Shown here piece by piece: positions 1 through 9,996 of a stretch of 64,000 nt of DNA (positions are counted from its first letter, which is position 1; every line of letters starts with the position of its first letter). The translations under genes and the position numbers were made by a program. Source of the DNA: Acidobacteriota bacterium (GTDB lineage Bacteria; Acidobacteriota; Vicinamibacteria; Vicinamibacterales; 2-12-FULL-66-21); contig QHWT01000062.1 in the NCBI GenBank assembly GCA_003222675.1, positions 1,447-65,446 on the forward strand. Reading direction: 5' to 3'. The notes below the pieces were generated by a model, which was given only the letters and a program-made list of their open reading frames with translations, searched no databases and was not told the origin of the DNA.

Positions 1-60
1 TGTCGCCACGCAGGGAGCGGGACCATCCTGAGTTGAATCAACAGACCGCTGTCGCCGCCG

Positions 61-963
61 CTACTGCGGAAAGAGCCGGTCGAAATTCCCGCCGAAGATC
101 TTCTCCTGGTCCGCGGCGCCAACGCCCAGCTTCTCCAGCGTTCGTTGCTGCGACTCGTAGATGTCGCGTTGCCAGCCGCGCGGGAAGTACGACGAGTCGG
201 TGCCAAAGAGGATGCGATCGGCGCCGGCAACGGTGAGCGCCTGCCAGAACACCTCCTCGAGTGCCAGTCCCGGATGGAACTTCGTCCAGCTGTTGGAACT
301 GGACGAGTCGAGATGGATCGTGGGGCACTGGTCCGCTGCCATCAGGGCTTCGCGAAGGAAGCCCGCGCCGAAGTGAGGGATGATCACCGGCACCTTCGGG
401 AACCCCAGGGCAACCTTCGCGAGCGCCAGCGGATCCCCCAGGCGCAGATCGAATCGGCTCGGGAGGCCGAGCTTCTTGCGAATACCGACGGTCAATACGC
501 CACAGTGCACGAACACGACGGCGCCGTGCTGCGCCGCCGCTTCGAACACGCGCTCCACACGCTCGTCGTCCAGTCGATAGCCATGCATGGTTGGAAAGAG
601 ACATGCGGTGCGGAGACGCTGCTCGCCCAGCGCGCGCTCGATCGTCTTGTCGGCGGCGGACGCGAGGGGGTTGAGCATGAAGAATCCGACGAACCGCGAG
701 CGATGCCGGCTGACGGCTTCGGCCACTGCACCCTCATCGCCGGGGATGCTCGCGATGAGCGCGGCACGCGAGATCCCATTCCGGTCGAGTTCGTCGACCC
801 ATCGGTCCGCGAGCTGCGTAACCGATCCCGGCGCGTCCCATGCAAGGCGCTCCGCGATTGCCGCCGCGCCGCCGCCCGACGGGGCGAGCTTTTCAAGGAA
901 GCTCGACGAAAAGAAGTGACAGTGGCTGTCGTTGATCATGGTCATCGGCTTGATTTCTGACAC
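61..963 (-). CDS. amidohydrolase-family metal-dependent hydrolase
   Basis: 300-aa ORF with high GC3. N-terminal INDSHCHFF is the HxH metal-binding motif of TIM-barrel amidohydrolases. The true start may be the internal Met at 939. Confidence 0.7.
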   Translation of the reverse strand: MSEIKPMTMINDSHCHFFSSSFLEKLAPSGGGAAAIAERLAWDAPGSVTQLADRWVDELDRNGISRAALIASIPGDEGAVAEAVSRHRSRFVGFFMLNPLASAADKTIERALGEQRLRTACLFPTMHGYRLDDERVERVFEAAAQHGAVVFVHCGVLTVGIRKKLGLPSRFDLRLGDPLALAKVALGFPKVPVIIPHFGAGFLREALMAADQCPTIHLDSSSSNSWTKFHPGLALEEVFWQALTVAGADRILFGTDSSYFPRGWQRDIYESQQRTLEKLGVGAADQEKIFGGNFDRLFPQ

Positions 964-1402
964 GCATAGCTTAGTCCGGCCTGAAGTGTTCGATGCGCTG
1001 AAGGGAGTGGACCTGATCCTTCACGCGGGGGACGTCGGCGGGCGCGGCGTGCTCGATGAGTTGGGCATGATCGCGCCGGTTCGCGCCGTATCCGGCAACA
1101 CGGATGTTCCCGGCGATCCGCACCTCGAGCCCGCGATAGATCTGATGGTGGACGGCGTGGCGGTTCACGTCACGCACGGGCACGAGCTCGGCAGCCCAAC
1201 GCCTGCCCGGTTGCTCGAACGCTACACCGCTGACGTGATCGTGTACGGTCACACGCACAAGGCGTTGACGGAGCGCGCGGGATCCCGTCTTGTGATCAAT
1301 CCAGGCGCAGCGGGCCCGCGGCGGTTCAATCTCAAGCCAAGCCTCGCCAGACTGACAATCGCGTCGGGCAAGGCGGACGTCCGGATCGTCTGGCTCAATT
1401 GA
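932..1402 (+). CDS. YfcE/MJ0936-type metallophosphoesterase
   Basis: Motifs GLISDTH, HAGDV, GNTD, THGH and GHTH occur in canonical order. Start is TTG 932 or ATG 938. Confidence 0.85.
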   Translation: MIMVIGLISDTHSLVRPEVFDALKGVDLILHAGDVGGRGVLDELGMIAPVRAVSGNTDVPGDPHLEPAIDLMVDGVAVHVTHGHELGSPTPARLLERYTADVIVYGHTHKALTERAGSRLVINPGAAGPRRFNLKPSLARLTIASGKADVRIVWLN

Positions 1403-1462
1403 CGGTTGTCGGTTGATGGTTGTCCGTTGACGGTTGTCCGTTGACGGTTGTCCGTTGACGGG
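1399..1462. repeat. 14-bp tandem repeat TTGACGGTTGTCCG, about 4.5 copies
   Basis: Direct reading: units at 1399, 1413, 1427 and 1441, plus a partial unit at 1455. The first unit contains the stop codon of the phosphoesterase gene. Hairpins follow at about 1467-1491 and 1505-1529. Confidence 0.9.
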
Positions 1463-1537
1463 GGTTCTTGGTTCTCGAGCTCGGATCTCGAACCTCGCGC
1501 ATCCCGCGTCCCGCATCCCGACCGGGACGCCGTGGGG

Positions 1538-2578
1538 TCAGCCCCCTTTCTTCGCCGGGACGTTGAACGACCGCTCGACCGCGTCGTTCGGATCCGTGAC
1601 TACGGGGTGGTCGCGCCAGAGCCACCGCATCATGTCGGGCAGGATGGCGCCGCCGTGCTTCTGGCTGTGGCGGCCGATTCCCCACGAGTAATTCAGGTCG
1701 TAGCCCTTCTCCGACAACGCCTGCACCAGACGTACGTTCTGCAGGAACCAGTCGCGCCGCTCGTCGTAGGCTGGATTGTCCGGTCGAACGCCGCGGTTGT
1801 CGTTGCGGCCGTCCTGCAGGTAAATCCTCAGCGGCTTCTTTTCGCTTTTGCGGACAATGGCCGCGTACGCATCGCCGCCACGGAGGTTCACGAAACTGCC
1901 GACCAGGCTGAGCACCTTTCGAAACTCGTTCGGACGTTCCCACGCGACGGTGAAGGCCGCGATCGATCCCGAGCTCGCGCCGCCGATCCCACGCCGCTCG
2001 GGATCTCTCGAGATGTTGAATTCCCTGTTCAACGCGGGCATCAGCTCATCGCCGATCACGCGCGCGTACTTGTCGTCGAGCGTGTTGTACTCCGTCGGCC
2101 GGTTCGTCGTGCGGTCTCCCCATTCCTGGGGCGTCGCCTCCGGTTGATCGGACCGCCGCCCCGGGTTGATGAACACCGCCAGCATCACCGGGAGCTCCCG
2201 TCGATCGATCAGGTTGTCGAGCACGTTGGGGACGCGCAGATCCCCGTCCATGTTCTTGAACGCCTGACCGTCGTTGAACACCATCAGACTCGCAGGCACC
2301 TTCGGATCGTATTGCGCGGGCACGTAGACCCAATACGTGTGCTGCGTGCCAGGATAGGCATCGCTCGGCAGCGTGAACGGGCCGCGGAGCTCGCCTGTCG
2401 CGACACCTTCACGGGGGAGCGAATCCGGACCGAGCTGATAATGGCTGTCGGGATTTGGCAGCGGCGGCTGCGGCTGCGCTGTGGCGGCCGGAGCAGCAGC
2501 GGGCGGCGTCTGCGGGAATCCGGTTGCAAACATTCCTATCACTAGAGCAAACAGCACAGTGCAGATCTGTGTACGCAT
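1538..2578 (-). CDS. secreted esterase (putative esterase / enterochelin-esterase-like alpha/beta hydrolase)
   Basis: Signal-like N-terminus [22 protein letters not shown] lies 8 nt upstream of ATG 2578. Family-typical segments include [19 protein letters not shown] and [11 protein letters not shown] (GxSxG). Confidence 0.7.
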   Translation of the reverse strand: MRTQICTVLFALVIGMFATGFPQTPPAAAPAATAQPQPPLPNPDSHYQLGPDSLPREGVATGELRGPFTLPSDAYPGTQHTYWVYVPAQYDPKVPASLMVFNDGQAFKNMDGDLRVPNVLDNLIDRRELPVMLAVFINPGRRSDQPEATPQEWGDRTTNRPTEYNTLDDKYARVIGDELMPALNREFNISRDPERRGIGGASSGSIAAFTVAWERPNEFRKVLSLVGSFVNLRGGDAYAAIVRKSEKKPLRIYLQDGRNDNRGVRPDNPAYDERRDWFLQNVRLVQALSEKGYDLNYSWGIGRHSQKHGGAILPDMMRWLWRDHPVVTDPNDAVERSFNVPAKKGG

Positions 2579-2699
2579 CAGAGGCACTCCTAGCCCGCGC
2601 ACTTATATCCCATCCCGTGGATGGTCACGATGAACTGTGGATGATGCGGATTAGGCTCGCCTTCGGCGAGCTTCGTCCGGGTGAATCAGCGAGTCCCCT

Positions 2700-3475
2700 T
2701 CACGCGAAGTCTGCCCCGCCCAAGCGCGCAGCGCGAAGGCGGGCTTTCTGGGCGCGAGCTTCGGCCGGGCAAGCCAGCAGGGTCTGATACCCAACGCGAT
2801 CCTCCGGCCGCTCATATACGTCGGCGTCAGTGTCTCCAAGGCGTTCTTCAGAAGCTTCAAGCCATTTGAACGCCTGTTCTCTGTCCTCGATGCCCAGGTA
2901 CGCGTACGCGATCTGATAGGGCGAGTGGTATTGACCGGCGGGAACTCGTGTCATCTCCAGCACGATGCGGTTCGCAGTTGCGACGTCGCCCGACGTGTGC
3001 CAGGACAAACGTATGATCCAACTCCAGCGTCTTTCGCTCCTGCTCGATCGCTGCATCGTATTTTCGTTGGTACACGTACGTTCGGCCCATTTCGGCGTTG
3101 GTGTTCAAGGACAGCGGATCGAGTTCCAGCGCCCGTTTCACCTCTCTCGCCGCATCGTCGAGGCGCCCCATGGCGACAAAGTAATAGGAATACCAGTAGT
3201 GTGCTGTCCCGTAGCCGGGGTTCAGCTGGAGCGCGCGCTCGAATTCGGTGCGAGCACCCGACCAGTCCCAATCGAAACCGATTTTGTTCCGCGCCAGCGA
3301 CGCGTGCGCTTCCGCCAGTGTTGGATCCAACTCCAGCGCTTTCGCGGCGGCGGCTTTGCCCAGAGGGTACACGTCGATGGGTCGTACGTAAGCCCATGCG
3401 CCTGTTCCAGTAATACCGTCCCTTCAAATACGCTGTCAATTCACGCGTTCCCAGACCAAGTCGGTCGTCACCCAA
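2700..3475 (-). pseudogene. frameshifted, N-terminally truncated TPR-repeat protein remnant
   Basis: A TPR-like sequence runs through three minus-strand frames in turn. Frame 1 is ..AYLKGRYYWNRR (about 3390-3440). Frame 2 is ALELDPTLAEAH..ALQLNPGYG..ALELDP (2990-3372). Frame 3 is ..YQIAYAYLGIEDREQAFKWLE (2700-2990). No N-terminal effector domain is present upstream. Confidence 0.6.
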
Positions 3476-3500
3476 TTAACAATGAGGGGTCAGACCGGGG

Positions 3501-4661
3501 TCAGACCCGGTCGCCTTTCTCCCGGCTCCTGGGAGTGAACCGTCTATCAGCAATCAGGAAATACGGTAAGGCCAGCGCAGACAGCGCGGCCGCCGCGCCG
3601 AACGCGCTCGCGAAGCCGTAATTTCCAATCAGCCATCCCATCGTCGTCGAGCCCGTGCCGATCCCGGTGTCGAACGCGGCGAGGATCGCACCGAAGGCCG
3701 CGCCGCGACGGTCGGCCTCGACATGCCGCATCACGTATGCCACGTACGCCGGATATGCGGTGCCGAAGCCGATGCCGAAGATCGTGGCGGACAGCATGAG
3801 CCAGAAGCGCGTGCCGCCGACCGTGAGAACCGCGAGGCCGGCGGAGATGAGGAGAAGGCACGGCAGAAACACGCGCCGATGGCCGAATCGATCGCCCAGC
3901 CGTCCCGAAAGCGGCCTCGTCACCAGCATCACCATTGCCAGCGTCGTCAGATACACGCCCTTGGGGGCCACGGCATTCGCGTCGGCATACAGGGCCGAGA
4001 AGCTGGTGATGCCGCCGTATCCGAACGAGTACATGAACAGCGTCAACGAGATCAGCAGCACACGCCACTCGACGCCGACCCCGCGCGGCGGCTCGCGCGT
4101 CGGCGTCGCCTGCGGCGGCAGCCGCCATGCGATCGCCGCCATGATCAGATTCAGGATCGCCGCGCCGACGCACAGGATTCCCCAGCCGAAGCGGAAGATC
4201 CAGAAGCCGATCGATGGGCCGACAGCAATCGCGGCGATTGACGACAGCCCCCAATACGCGATCCCTTCCGCGCGCCGGCGCTCGGGCAGCATATTCGTGA
4301 GATATGCCGCCGAGGCCGAGAGGAGCCCGGACCAGAACACGCCGTGCACGAGCACCAGCGCCAGAGAGATGCGGTAATCGGGGATGACGGCGTACGCGAT
4401 CGAGAACCCTGCGATCGCCAGGCTCGACGTCAGCAGGATGCGGCGGGCGCCAAGGCGATCCGCAAGCGCGCCCGTGGCGGGCGCCGACAGCGCGGACGAA
4501 TAGGTCAGGAACCCGAGAAAGAGCCCTGACGCGAAGGTACTGCCGCCAAGCGCCAGGATGTGGAACGGCGCCGTTGGCAGCAGTTGGAAGACGGACAGGA
4601 AAACGGTGAACGTGAAGCCGCACATCACGAAGAAGCGCGGCGTGAAAAGTCGGTCCGGCAA
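3501..4661 (-). CDS. MFS transporter
   Basis: 386 aa with about 12 hydrophobic segments and an MFS-like loop GALADRLGARR. It directly abuts the stop of the upstream permease gene. TTG start. Confidence 0.8.
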   Translation of the reverse strand: MPDRLFTPRFFVMCGFTFTVFLSVFQLLPTAPFHILALGGSTFASGLFLGFLTYSSALSAPATGALADRLGARRILLTSSLAIAGFSIAYAVIPDYRISLALVLVHGVFWSGLLSASAAYLTNMLPERRRAEGIAYWGLSSIAAIAVGPSIGFWIFRFGWGILCVGAAILNLIMAAIAWRLPPQATPTREPPRGVGVEWRVLLISLTLFMYSFGYGGITSFSALYADANAVAPKGVYLTTLAMVMLVTRPLSGRLGDRFGHRRVFLPCLLLISAGLAVLTVGGTRFWLMLSATIFGIGFGTAYPAYVAYVMRHVEADRRGAAFGAILAAFDTGIGTGSTTMGWLIGNYGFASAFGAAAALSALALPYFLIADRRFTPRSREKGDRV

Positions 4662-7097
4662 TTACTCCGATTTTAACGCGATTACCGGATCCACTCTCGT
4701 CGCGCGGAGCGCGGGCACCATGCAGGCCGTGAGCGCGACCGCAGCGAGCGCGACCGCGACCGCGACGAACGTCAGCGGATCGGCCGGCGTGACGCCGTGC
4801 AGCAACCCACGCATCACCCGCGCAACCGGCAGCGACACGACGAGGCCGAGACCAAGCCCAATGAGCGCGAGCGTCAATCCATTCGACAGGACCATGCGCA
4901 GCACGCGGGCCCGATCGGCGCCAATCGCCACGCGAATACCAATCTCGCGTGTTCGACGCGTCACGACATAAGAGAGAACGCCGTAGATCCCCACCGCCGA
5001 CAAGGTCAGCGCGAGCAGCGCGAACATCGAGAGCAGCGCACTCGTGAACCGCGGCGTCGACAGCGCAGCGCCGACCACGTCCGTCATCGGACGCACGTCC
5101 GCGACGGGCAGATTCGGATCGAGTTGCCGGATCACGTTGCGCACAGACGGTGCGAGCGAGACCGGGTCACCAGCGGTGCGGACGATCAGCGACATCCCGC
5201 GAATCGGGAAGCCCACCGATTTGTGCCACTGCGCATGCGGAACGTAGAACTTCTCCTTGACGACCTCCGCGACGCCGTTATGGTGGACGTCCTTCACGAT
5301 ACCGACTACGGTGACCCACGGGCGTGACGGATTGCCGCCGATGCGAAGGCGGCCGCCGATCGGATCGCGCCTGCTCCAGTAGCGGCGCGCCATCTCCTCG
5401 TTGATCAAGGCCACGAGCTGCGAATCGCTCGTGTCGGTGCGGCTGATTGCGCGGCCCCGCAGCAACTGCTCGCCCATCGACTCCAGGTAGCCGTCGGTCA
5501 CGATCTGCCAGTCCCCCTTCGCGTTCGTGCCGGGAGGCGGCACGTAACCATCGATCCCGAGACTGAAGTCGCCAATGGTCGACCCGAGCGGCAGCGATCG
5601 TGCCGCGCCCGCCGCCGCCACGCCGGGGAGTGCGCGCACGTTCTCGGCGAGCCGCGAATAGAACGCGACGACCTGCTCTGGCTTCGGATACGTCGCCTCG
5701 GGGAGCGACACGCGCATCGTGAGCACACCGGCCGGATTGAAGCCGAGGTCGATCCGCTCGAGCGACCACAGGCTGCGCAGCATCAACCCAGCGCCGACCA
5801 GCAGGATCACGGCAAGCGCCATCTCAACGACGACGAGGGTGTTGCGGAAGCGCTGCCGCCCGCCCGTCGTGGCGTTCGCGCCTTCCTTCATCGATTCGGT
5901 TAGATCGGTGCGGAGCAGCCTGATCGAAGGCGCGAGGCTGAAGACGACCGTGGTCAGCAGCGCGATGCCGACGGTAAACAGCAGCACGCGCGCGTCCAGC
6001 GTGACGCTCGATACGCGCGGAATGCTGGCCGGATTCCACCACGCCAGCAGGCGAGCGCCCGTCCAGGCGAGCGCCAGGCCCGCGATGGCGCTGGTGCCAG
6101 CGAGCACGAGGCTCTCCGTCTGCAGCTGGCGGAGCACGCGCCCACGCCCGGCGCCGAGCGCCGACCGCACCGCGATTTCGCGATGCCGCGCTTCCGCGCG
6201 CGCGAGCAACAGGTTCGCGACGTTCGCGCACGCGATCAACAGCAGGAACCCGACGGCGCCAAACAGCAGCCAGATGGCGCGGCGAACACCGCCGACGACC
6301 TCGTCGCGGAGTGAGAGCACGACCGTGTCGAATTGCATCTCGCGAGGATAGAATCCCTCGTTCGTCATCGCCTGCGCGATGCGGTGCATTTCGTCGCGCG
6401 CCTGCGCGACGGTTGCTCCCGGCTTGAGCCGCGCCGCTGAGTAAAGGCCGTGACTACCGTGCTCGGTGCTCGCGTTATCCCATTGCTGGGGCATCCAGAG
6501 CACTGTCGGACTTGGATTCTGGAAGTCGGTTGGCAGCACGAAGTCGCGCGGCATGATGCCGACGACCTGATAGGCATAGCCGTTGATGTGGATCGCGCGA
6601 CCAATGATCCCGGGATCCCCGGCATATCGTCGCTGCCACAGCCCGTGCCCGAGCACGACGAGACGCGGTCCGTTCGGCATGTCTTCGGCCGCTGTGAACG
6701 TTCGGCCGTACTGCGGCGCGACGCCAAGCGTCGAAAACACGTTTGCGGTGACGTTGCCGGCGGGCACTCGTTCGGGATCAGCATCGCCGGTGAGATTCAC
6801 CTGCGTGTCGTCCCATGCGGCGACCTCGGCAAGTGTCGATGCGCGACGTCGATAATCGTTGACCTCGCCATCTGACACCCACGTCTTGTCGAACGCGGTC
6901 CAGCGGCTCCAGATCATGATCGCGCGATCGGGATCGCTCCATGGCAGCGGCCGCAACAGGACGGCGTTCACGACGCTGAATATGGCCGCGTTCGCGCCCA
7001 CCCCCAGCGCCAGCGTGATGACGGCGACGGCGGCAAAGCCCGGATTGCGGACCAGCATCCGCGCGCCGAACCTCAGATCCTGCAGGAGAGTCTCCAT
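4662..7097 (-). CDS. ADOP-family (MacB-like, duplicated FtsX) ABC transporter permease
   Basis: 811 aa. The N-terminus [36 protein letters not shown] is characteristic of the acidobacterial duplicated orphan permease family. It has two FtsX-type 4-TM modules. Confidence 0.9.
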   Translation of the reverse strand: METLLQDLRFGARMLVRNPGFAAVAVITLALGVGANAAIFSVVNAVLLRPLPWSDPDRAIMIWSRWTAFDKTWVSDGEVNDYRRRASTLAEVAAWDDTQVNLTGDADPERVPAGNVTANVFSTLGVAPQYGRTFTAAEDMPNGPRLVVLGHGLWQRRYAGDPGIIGRAIHINGYAYQVVGIMPRDFVLPTDFQNPSPTVLWMPQQWDNASTEHGSHGLYSAARLKPGATVAQARDEMHRIAQAMTNEGFYPREMQFDTVVLSLRDEVVGGVRRAIWLLFGAVGFLLLIACANVANLLLARAEARHREIAVRSALGAGRGRVLRQLQTESLVLAGTSAIAGLALAWTGARLLAWWNPASIPRVSSVTLDARVLLFTVGIALLTTVVFSLAPSIRLLRTDLTESMKEGANATTGGRQRFRNTLVVVEMALAVILLVGAGLMLRSLWSLERIDLGFNPAGVLTMRVSLPEATYPKPEQVVAFYSRLAENVRALPGVAAAGAARSLPLGSTIGDFSLGIDGYVPPPGTNAKGDWQIVTDGYLESMGEQLLRGRAISRTDTSDSQLVALINEEMARRYWSRRDPIGGRLRIGGNPSRPWVTVVGIVKDVHHNGVAEVVKEKFYVPHAQWHKSVGFPIRGMSLIVRTAGDPVSLAPSVRNVIRQLDPNLPVADVRPMTDVVGAALSTPRFTSALLSMFALLALTLSAVGIYGVLSYVVTRRTREIGIRVAIGADRARVLRMVLSNGLTLALIGLGLGLVVSLPVARVMRGLLHGVTPADPLTFVAVAVALAAVALTACMVPALRATRVDPVIALKSE

Positions 7098-7155
7098 GCC
7101 CGCGTTAGACGGATACGCGCCATCGATCGTTGGATCTCTACGCTAAGATGACCAG

Positions 7156-7662
7156 ATGGAACGGGATTTGTCATATTTCCGGCCCTCGAAGGTGTGGCGC
7201 CGCATGCCGCTCGAACAGCGCATCGTCGCGGCCGCACTTTTCTGGGCCGACGAACAGTCGGCCGATCAGCAGCTCGAGGCGGTCGGATCCATCGCAACAC
7301 AGATGAAGTTTCGCCCGCGCAGCGTGCTCTCGCTCGCTGACGATCGCAAGGCGCGCTATCTTGCGGGCCTGCCAAACGTGTCTGATTCGGTCGCGGCGCG
7401 GGCGCTCGTCAGCTATCACCTGGCGCTGCAGCGTCCCATGATGGGTGCCTTTCTGGATCTGCTCGGGATTTCGCACGAGAACGGGTTGATCGCCGAGGAC
7501 ACCATGTCCAAGCCCGATCCGTCGAAGCTTAAGCAGGCCGCCGCGGATCTCGCGGCAAAATATCCGGCAGCGGACGTTGCGGTCTATCTCGCGACGCTCG
7601 TCTCGCAGGATCCGGAAACATGGGACGGGCTGGTGGAGCTTCCGGAAGCGCAGCCGGCATGA
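7156..7662 (+). CDS. hypothetical protein
   Basis: 168-aa ORF with ATG start and genome-typical codon bias. No motif recognised. Confidence 0.55.
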   Translation: MERDLSYFRPSKVWRRMPLEQRIVAAALFWADEQSADQQLEAVGSIATQMKFRPRSVLSLADDRKARYLAGLPNVSDSVAARALVSYHLALQRPMMGAFLDLLGISHENGLIAEDTMSKPDPSKLKQAAADLAAKYPAADVAVYLATLVSQDPETWDGLVELPEAQPA

Positions 7663-7664
7663 GT

Positions 7665-7707
7665 CGGGCTTCAGGGCTTCGGGCTTCAGGGCTTCGGCTT
7701 CGGGCTC
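7665..7707. repeat. 8-bp tandem repeat GGGCTTCR, about 5 copies
   Basis: Direct reading. It lies between convergent gene ends at 7662(+) and 7706(-). Confidence 0.85.
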
Positions 7708-9040
7708 ACCGCGAAAATTCAGCCAGCGCTGCTATCTCCGCGGCTGCCCGCAGACCAGATTCGATTGCGCCGTTCATGTAACCCTGCCACTTGATGCTCG
7801 TGTGCTCGCCGGCAAAGACAATGCGGCCGGCCGGGCGCGCCAGCCATGCGCGCCACAACGGATCGAATGCGGGATCGAAATACGCGTACCCGCCACGCGC
7901 CCACGGATCGTCATCCCATGCGATGGCGCGCGCCGTTACCACGGCCGAGGCACGCCCGAGCCAACCAATCTGCTTCACGACGCCGGCGATCCCGTCGCGA
8001 CGGATGAGATCCTGCAGTGCCTTCGACGCATGCCCGCCCGCGAGGAAACTGAGGATTCCGGCGCGTCCCTTCTGCTGTTCGTTGCCGTCCCACACGACGC
8101 CGCTCGGAAGATCCGTTCCAAACGCCAGGGGACGTCCGCGCACTTTCCAGAAGCGGCGATCGAACTGCAGCAGCAACCGCGTCGCGCATCCATAGCGGAG
8201 CCTCGCGATCGCATCGTGCTGCGGTTCCGCCAGCGGAGGATCGAAGATCACGTCACGCGCGGTTGACGCGGGCAGCGCGCACACGACGAAGTTCGCGCGC
8301 AGCTCGGATGTGCTGTCGCCCGTGCCAACCGTCACGACGACGCCGGAATCCCGCTGTTTGATCCGCCGAACGATCGTATCCAGCAGCAGCTTTCCACGCA
8401 GGCGTTTCGCGGCGAGTGTCGTCAGGCGATCGTTGCCGTCAGGAATCCGAAGAAAGCCACCCTCTCCCGGCGTTCCGCCGCCGGCGAACTGCTCCACGAT
8501 CGGCAGCAACGCAAGATCTTCTGGATCGGCGAGGAAGAATCCACGAAAGGCGCGCACGCCCGCGCGCAGATTCGAGGGCGCGTGAATGTCGTCGAGCCAC
8601 TCGGCGACGGATCGTCGTGCGAAGCTCGCGGCCACGGCGCTGTCCCACCGCTCCTCCGCGAGCTTGAAGTCCTCCCGCTCACGCTGCAGCTTCTTGCCGA
8701 GCGTGGCAAAGACGCCGGGATTGTTGTGAATTCTGCGGACGCCACGCGCGTCCGGGCCGTAATAACCGAAGCCGTCACGCAGAATCCGAACCGGACGCAA
8801 TCCCAGCTCATGCGCAAGCTGCTTGACGCGATCCTGCTCGTCTTCGATCAGATCCGCGCCTGCTTCTGCGTGTTGCCGCTCGGCGAAACCGTCCCGGAGC
8901 GTCCACACGCGACCGCCCACGCGGTCGCGCGCCTCGACCAGCGTCACCGCCGCGCCGCGGGCTTCGAGCGCCCGCGCGGCCGACAGTCCGGCGAGACCGG
9001 CGCCGGTGACGATGACCGCATCCCCTGCAAGATCCTTCAT
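7706..9040 (-). CDS. FAD-dependent amine oxidase (flavin monoamine oxidase family)
   Basis: N-terminal dinucleotide-binding motif VIVTGAGLAGLSAARAL..VTLVEARDRVGGR. C-terminal FAGEHTS motif. Confidence 0.85.
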   Translation of the reverse strand: MKDLAGDAVIVTGAGLAGLSAARALEARGAAVTLVEARDRVGGRVWTLRDGFAERQHAEAGADLIEDEQDRVKQLAHELGLRPVRILRDGFGYYGPDARGVRRIHNNPGVFATLGKKLQREREDFKLAEERWDSAVAASFARRSVAEWLDDIHAPSNLRAGVRAFRGFFLADPEDLALLPIVEQFAGGGTPGEGGFLRIPDGNDRLTTLAAKRLRGKLLLDTIVRRIKQRDSGVVVTVGTGDSTSELRANFVVCALPASTARDVIFDPPLAEPQHDAIARLRYGCATRLLLQFDRRFWKVRGRPLAFGTDLPSGVVWDGNEQQKGRAGILSFLAGGHASKALQDLIRRDGIAGVVKQIGWLGRASAVVTARAIAWDDDPWARGGYAYFDPAFDPLWRAWLARPAGRIVFAGEHTSIKWQGYMNGAIESGLRAAAEIAALAEFSR

Positions 9041-9123
9041 TCGTGCCTTCTCTATTCGTACGATCTGAAGCCCGCGGCCCGCGAATTGAAGGATATACGG
9101 ACGCGCCGTTAAGATGGAGTCGT

Positions 9124-9996
9124 ATGCCGCGGATGCTGCTCTGGCTGGTTTCGGTGTCGGCGCTGACGGCGCAGTCGGCGGTCGAGCCCTCGGCGCTCCG
9201 TGCGCGAGTGCTGTCTCTCATCAAGGCGAGCGGCGCGGAGGTCGCCGTGGCCTTCCGCACGATCGATGGGCGCCAGGAACTACTGATCGATCCCGACACG
9301 ACATTTCACGCCGCGAGCACGATGAAACTGCCGGTGATGATCGAGTTGTTCCGGCAGGCTGAGGCCGGCATGCTGTCGCTGGACGACCCGCTCCCGATAC
9401 GCAACGTCTTCCACAGCATCGTCGACGGCAGCGAGTACCCGCTCGACGTGGGCGACGATTCAGACGCGGAAGTTTATAAAGCCATCGGCGGCACATTGAC
9501 GCTGCGGCAGCTCGCGGAAGCAATGATCACCGTCAGCAGCAACTTCGCCGCGAACCTGCTGATCGAGCGCCTGGGTGTCGAGAACATCCGCCGCACCGTC
9601 ACAAAGATCGGCGCTGACGGCATGCAGGTGCTGCGGGGCGTCGAGGACGCCAAGGCGTTCGAAAAAGGGATGAACAACACGACGACCGCGCGCGGACTCC
9701 TGGTGCTGCTCGAGAAGCTGGCAAACGGACCTGTCGTCAGTACGAAGGCTGATGCCGACATGATCGCCATGCTGTCGCGCCAGACGTTCAACGACGCCAT
9801 TCCGGCTGGAGTCCCCGCGGGGACCCGCATCGCGCACAAGACCGGCACCATCACCAAGATTCACCACGACGCGGCGATTGTGTTCGCCCCGAGGCCATAC
9901 GTGCTCGTCGTACTCGTGCGCGGCCTGCAGGAGGAGAAAGAGAGCGCGGCGCTGATCGCGGCGATATCACGCGAGGTATGGGGCGCCGTTCGGTGA
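9124..9996 (+). CDS. class A beta-lactamase-fold serine hydrolase
   Basis: Signal peptide MPRMLLWLVSVSALTAQS. Motifs SxxK (STMK), SxN (SSN) and KTG (HKTGT) occur in order. Confidence 0.8.
   Translation: MPRMLLWLVSVSALTAQSAVEPSALRARVLSLIKASGAEVAVAFRTIDGRQELLIDPDTTFHAASTMKLPVMIELFRQAEAGMLSLDDPLPIRNVFHSIVDGSEYPLDVGDDSDAEVYKAIGGTLTLRQLAEAMITVSSNFAANLLIERLGVENIRRTVTKIGADGMQVLRGVEDAKAFEKGMNNTTTARGLLVLLEKLANGPVVSTKADADMIAMLSRQTFNDAIPAGVPAGTRIAHKTGTITKIHHDAAIVFAPRPYVLVVLVRGLQEEKESAALIAAISREVWGAVR

Noticed and set aside
145-960. Long ORFs antisense to, or out of frame with, well-supported genes. Examples: 145-960(+), 11345-12985(-), 20231-21301(-), 21021-22010(-), 53211-54338(-), 47882-49177(+), and many Arg/Pro/Ala-rich ORFs.
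   Set aside because: These are typical shadow ORFs of high-GC DNA. They overlap genes that have clear family motifs, their products are low-complexity Arg/Ala/Pro-rich, and they lack start-site context.
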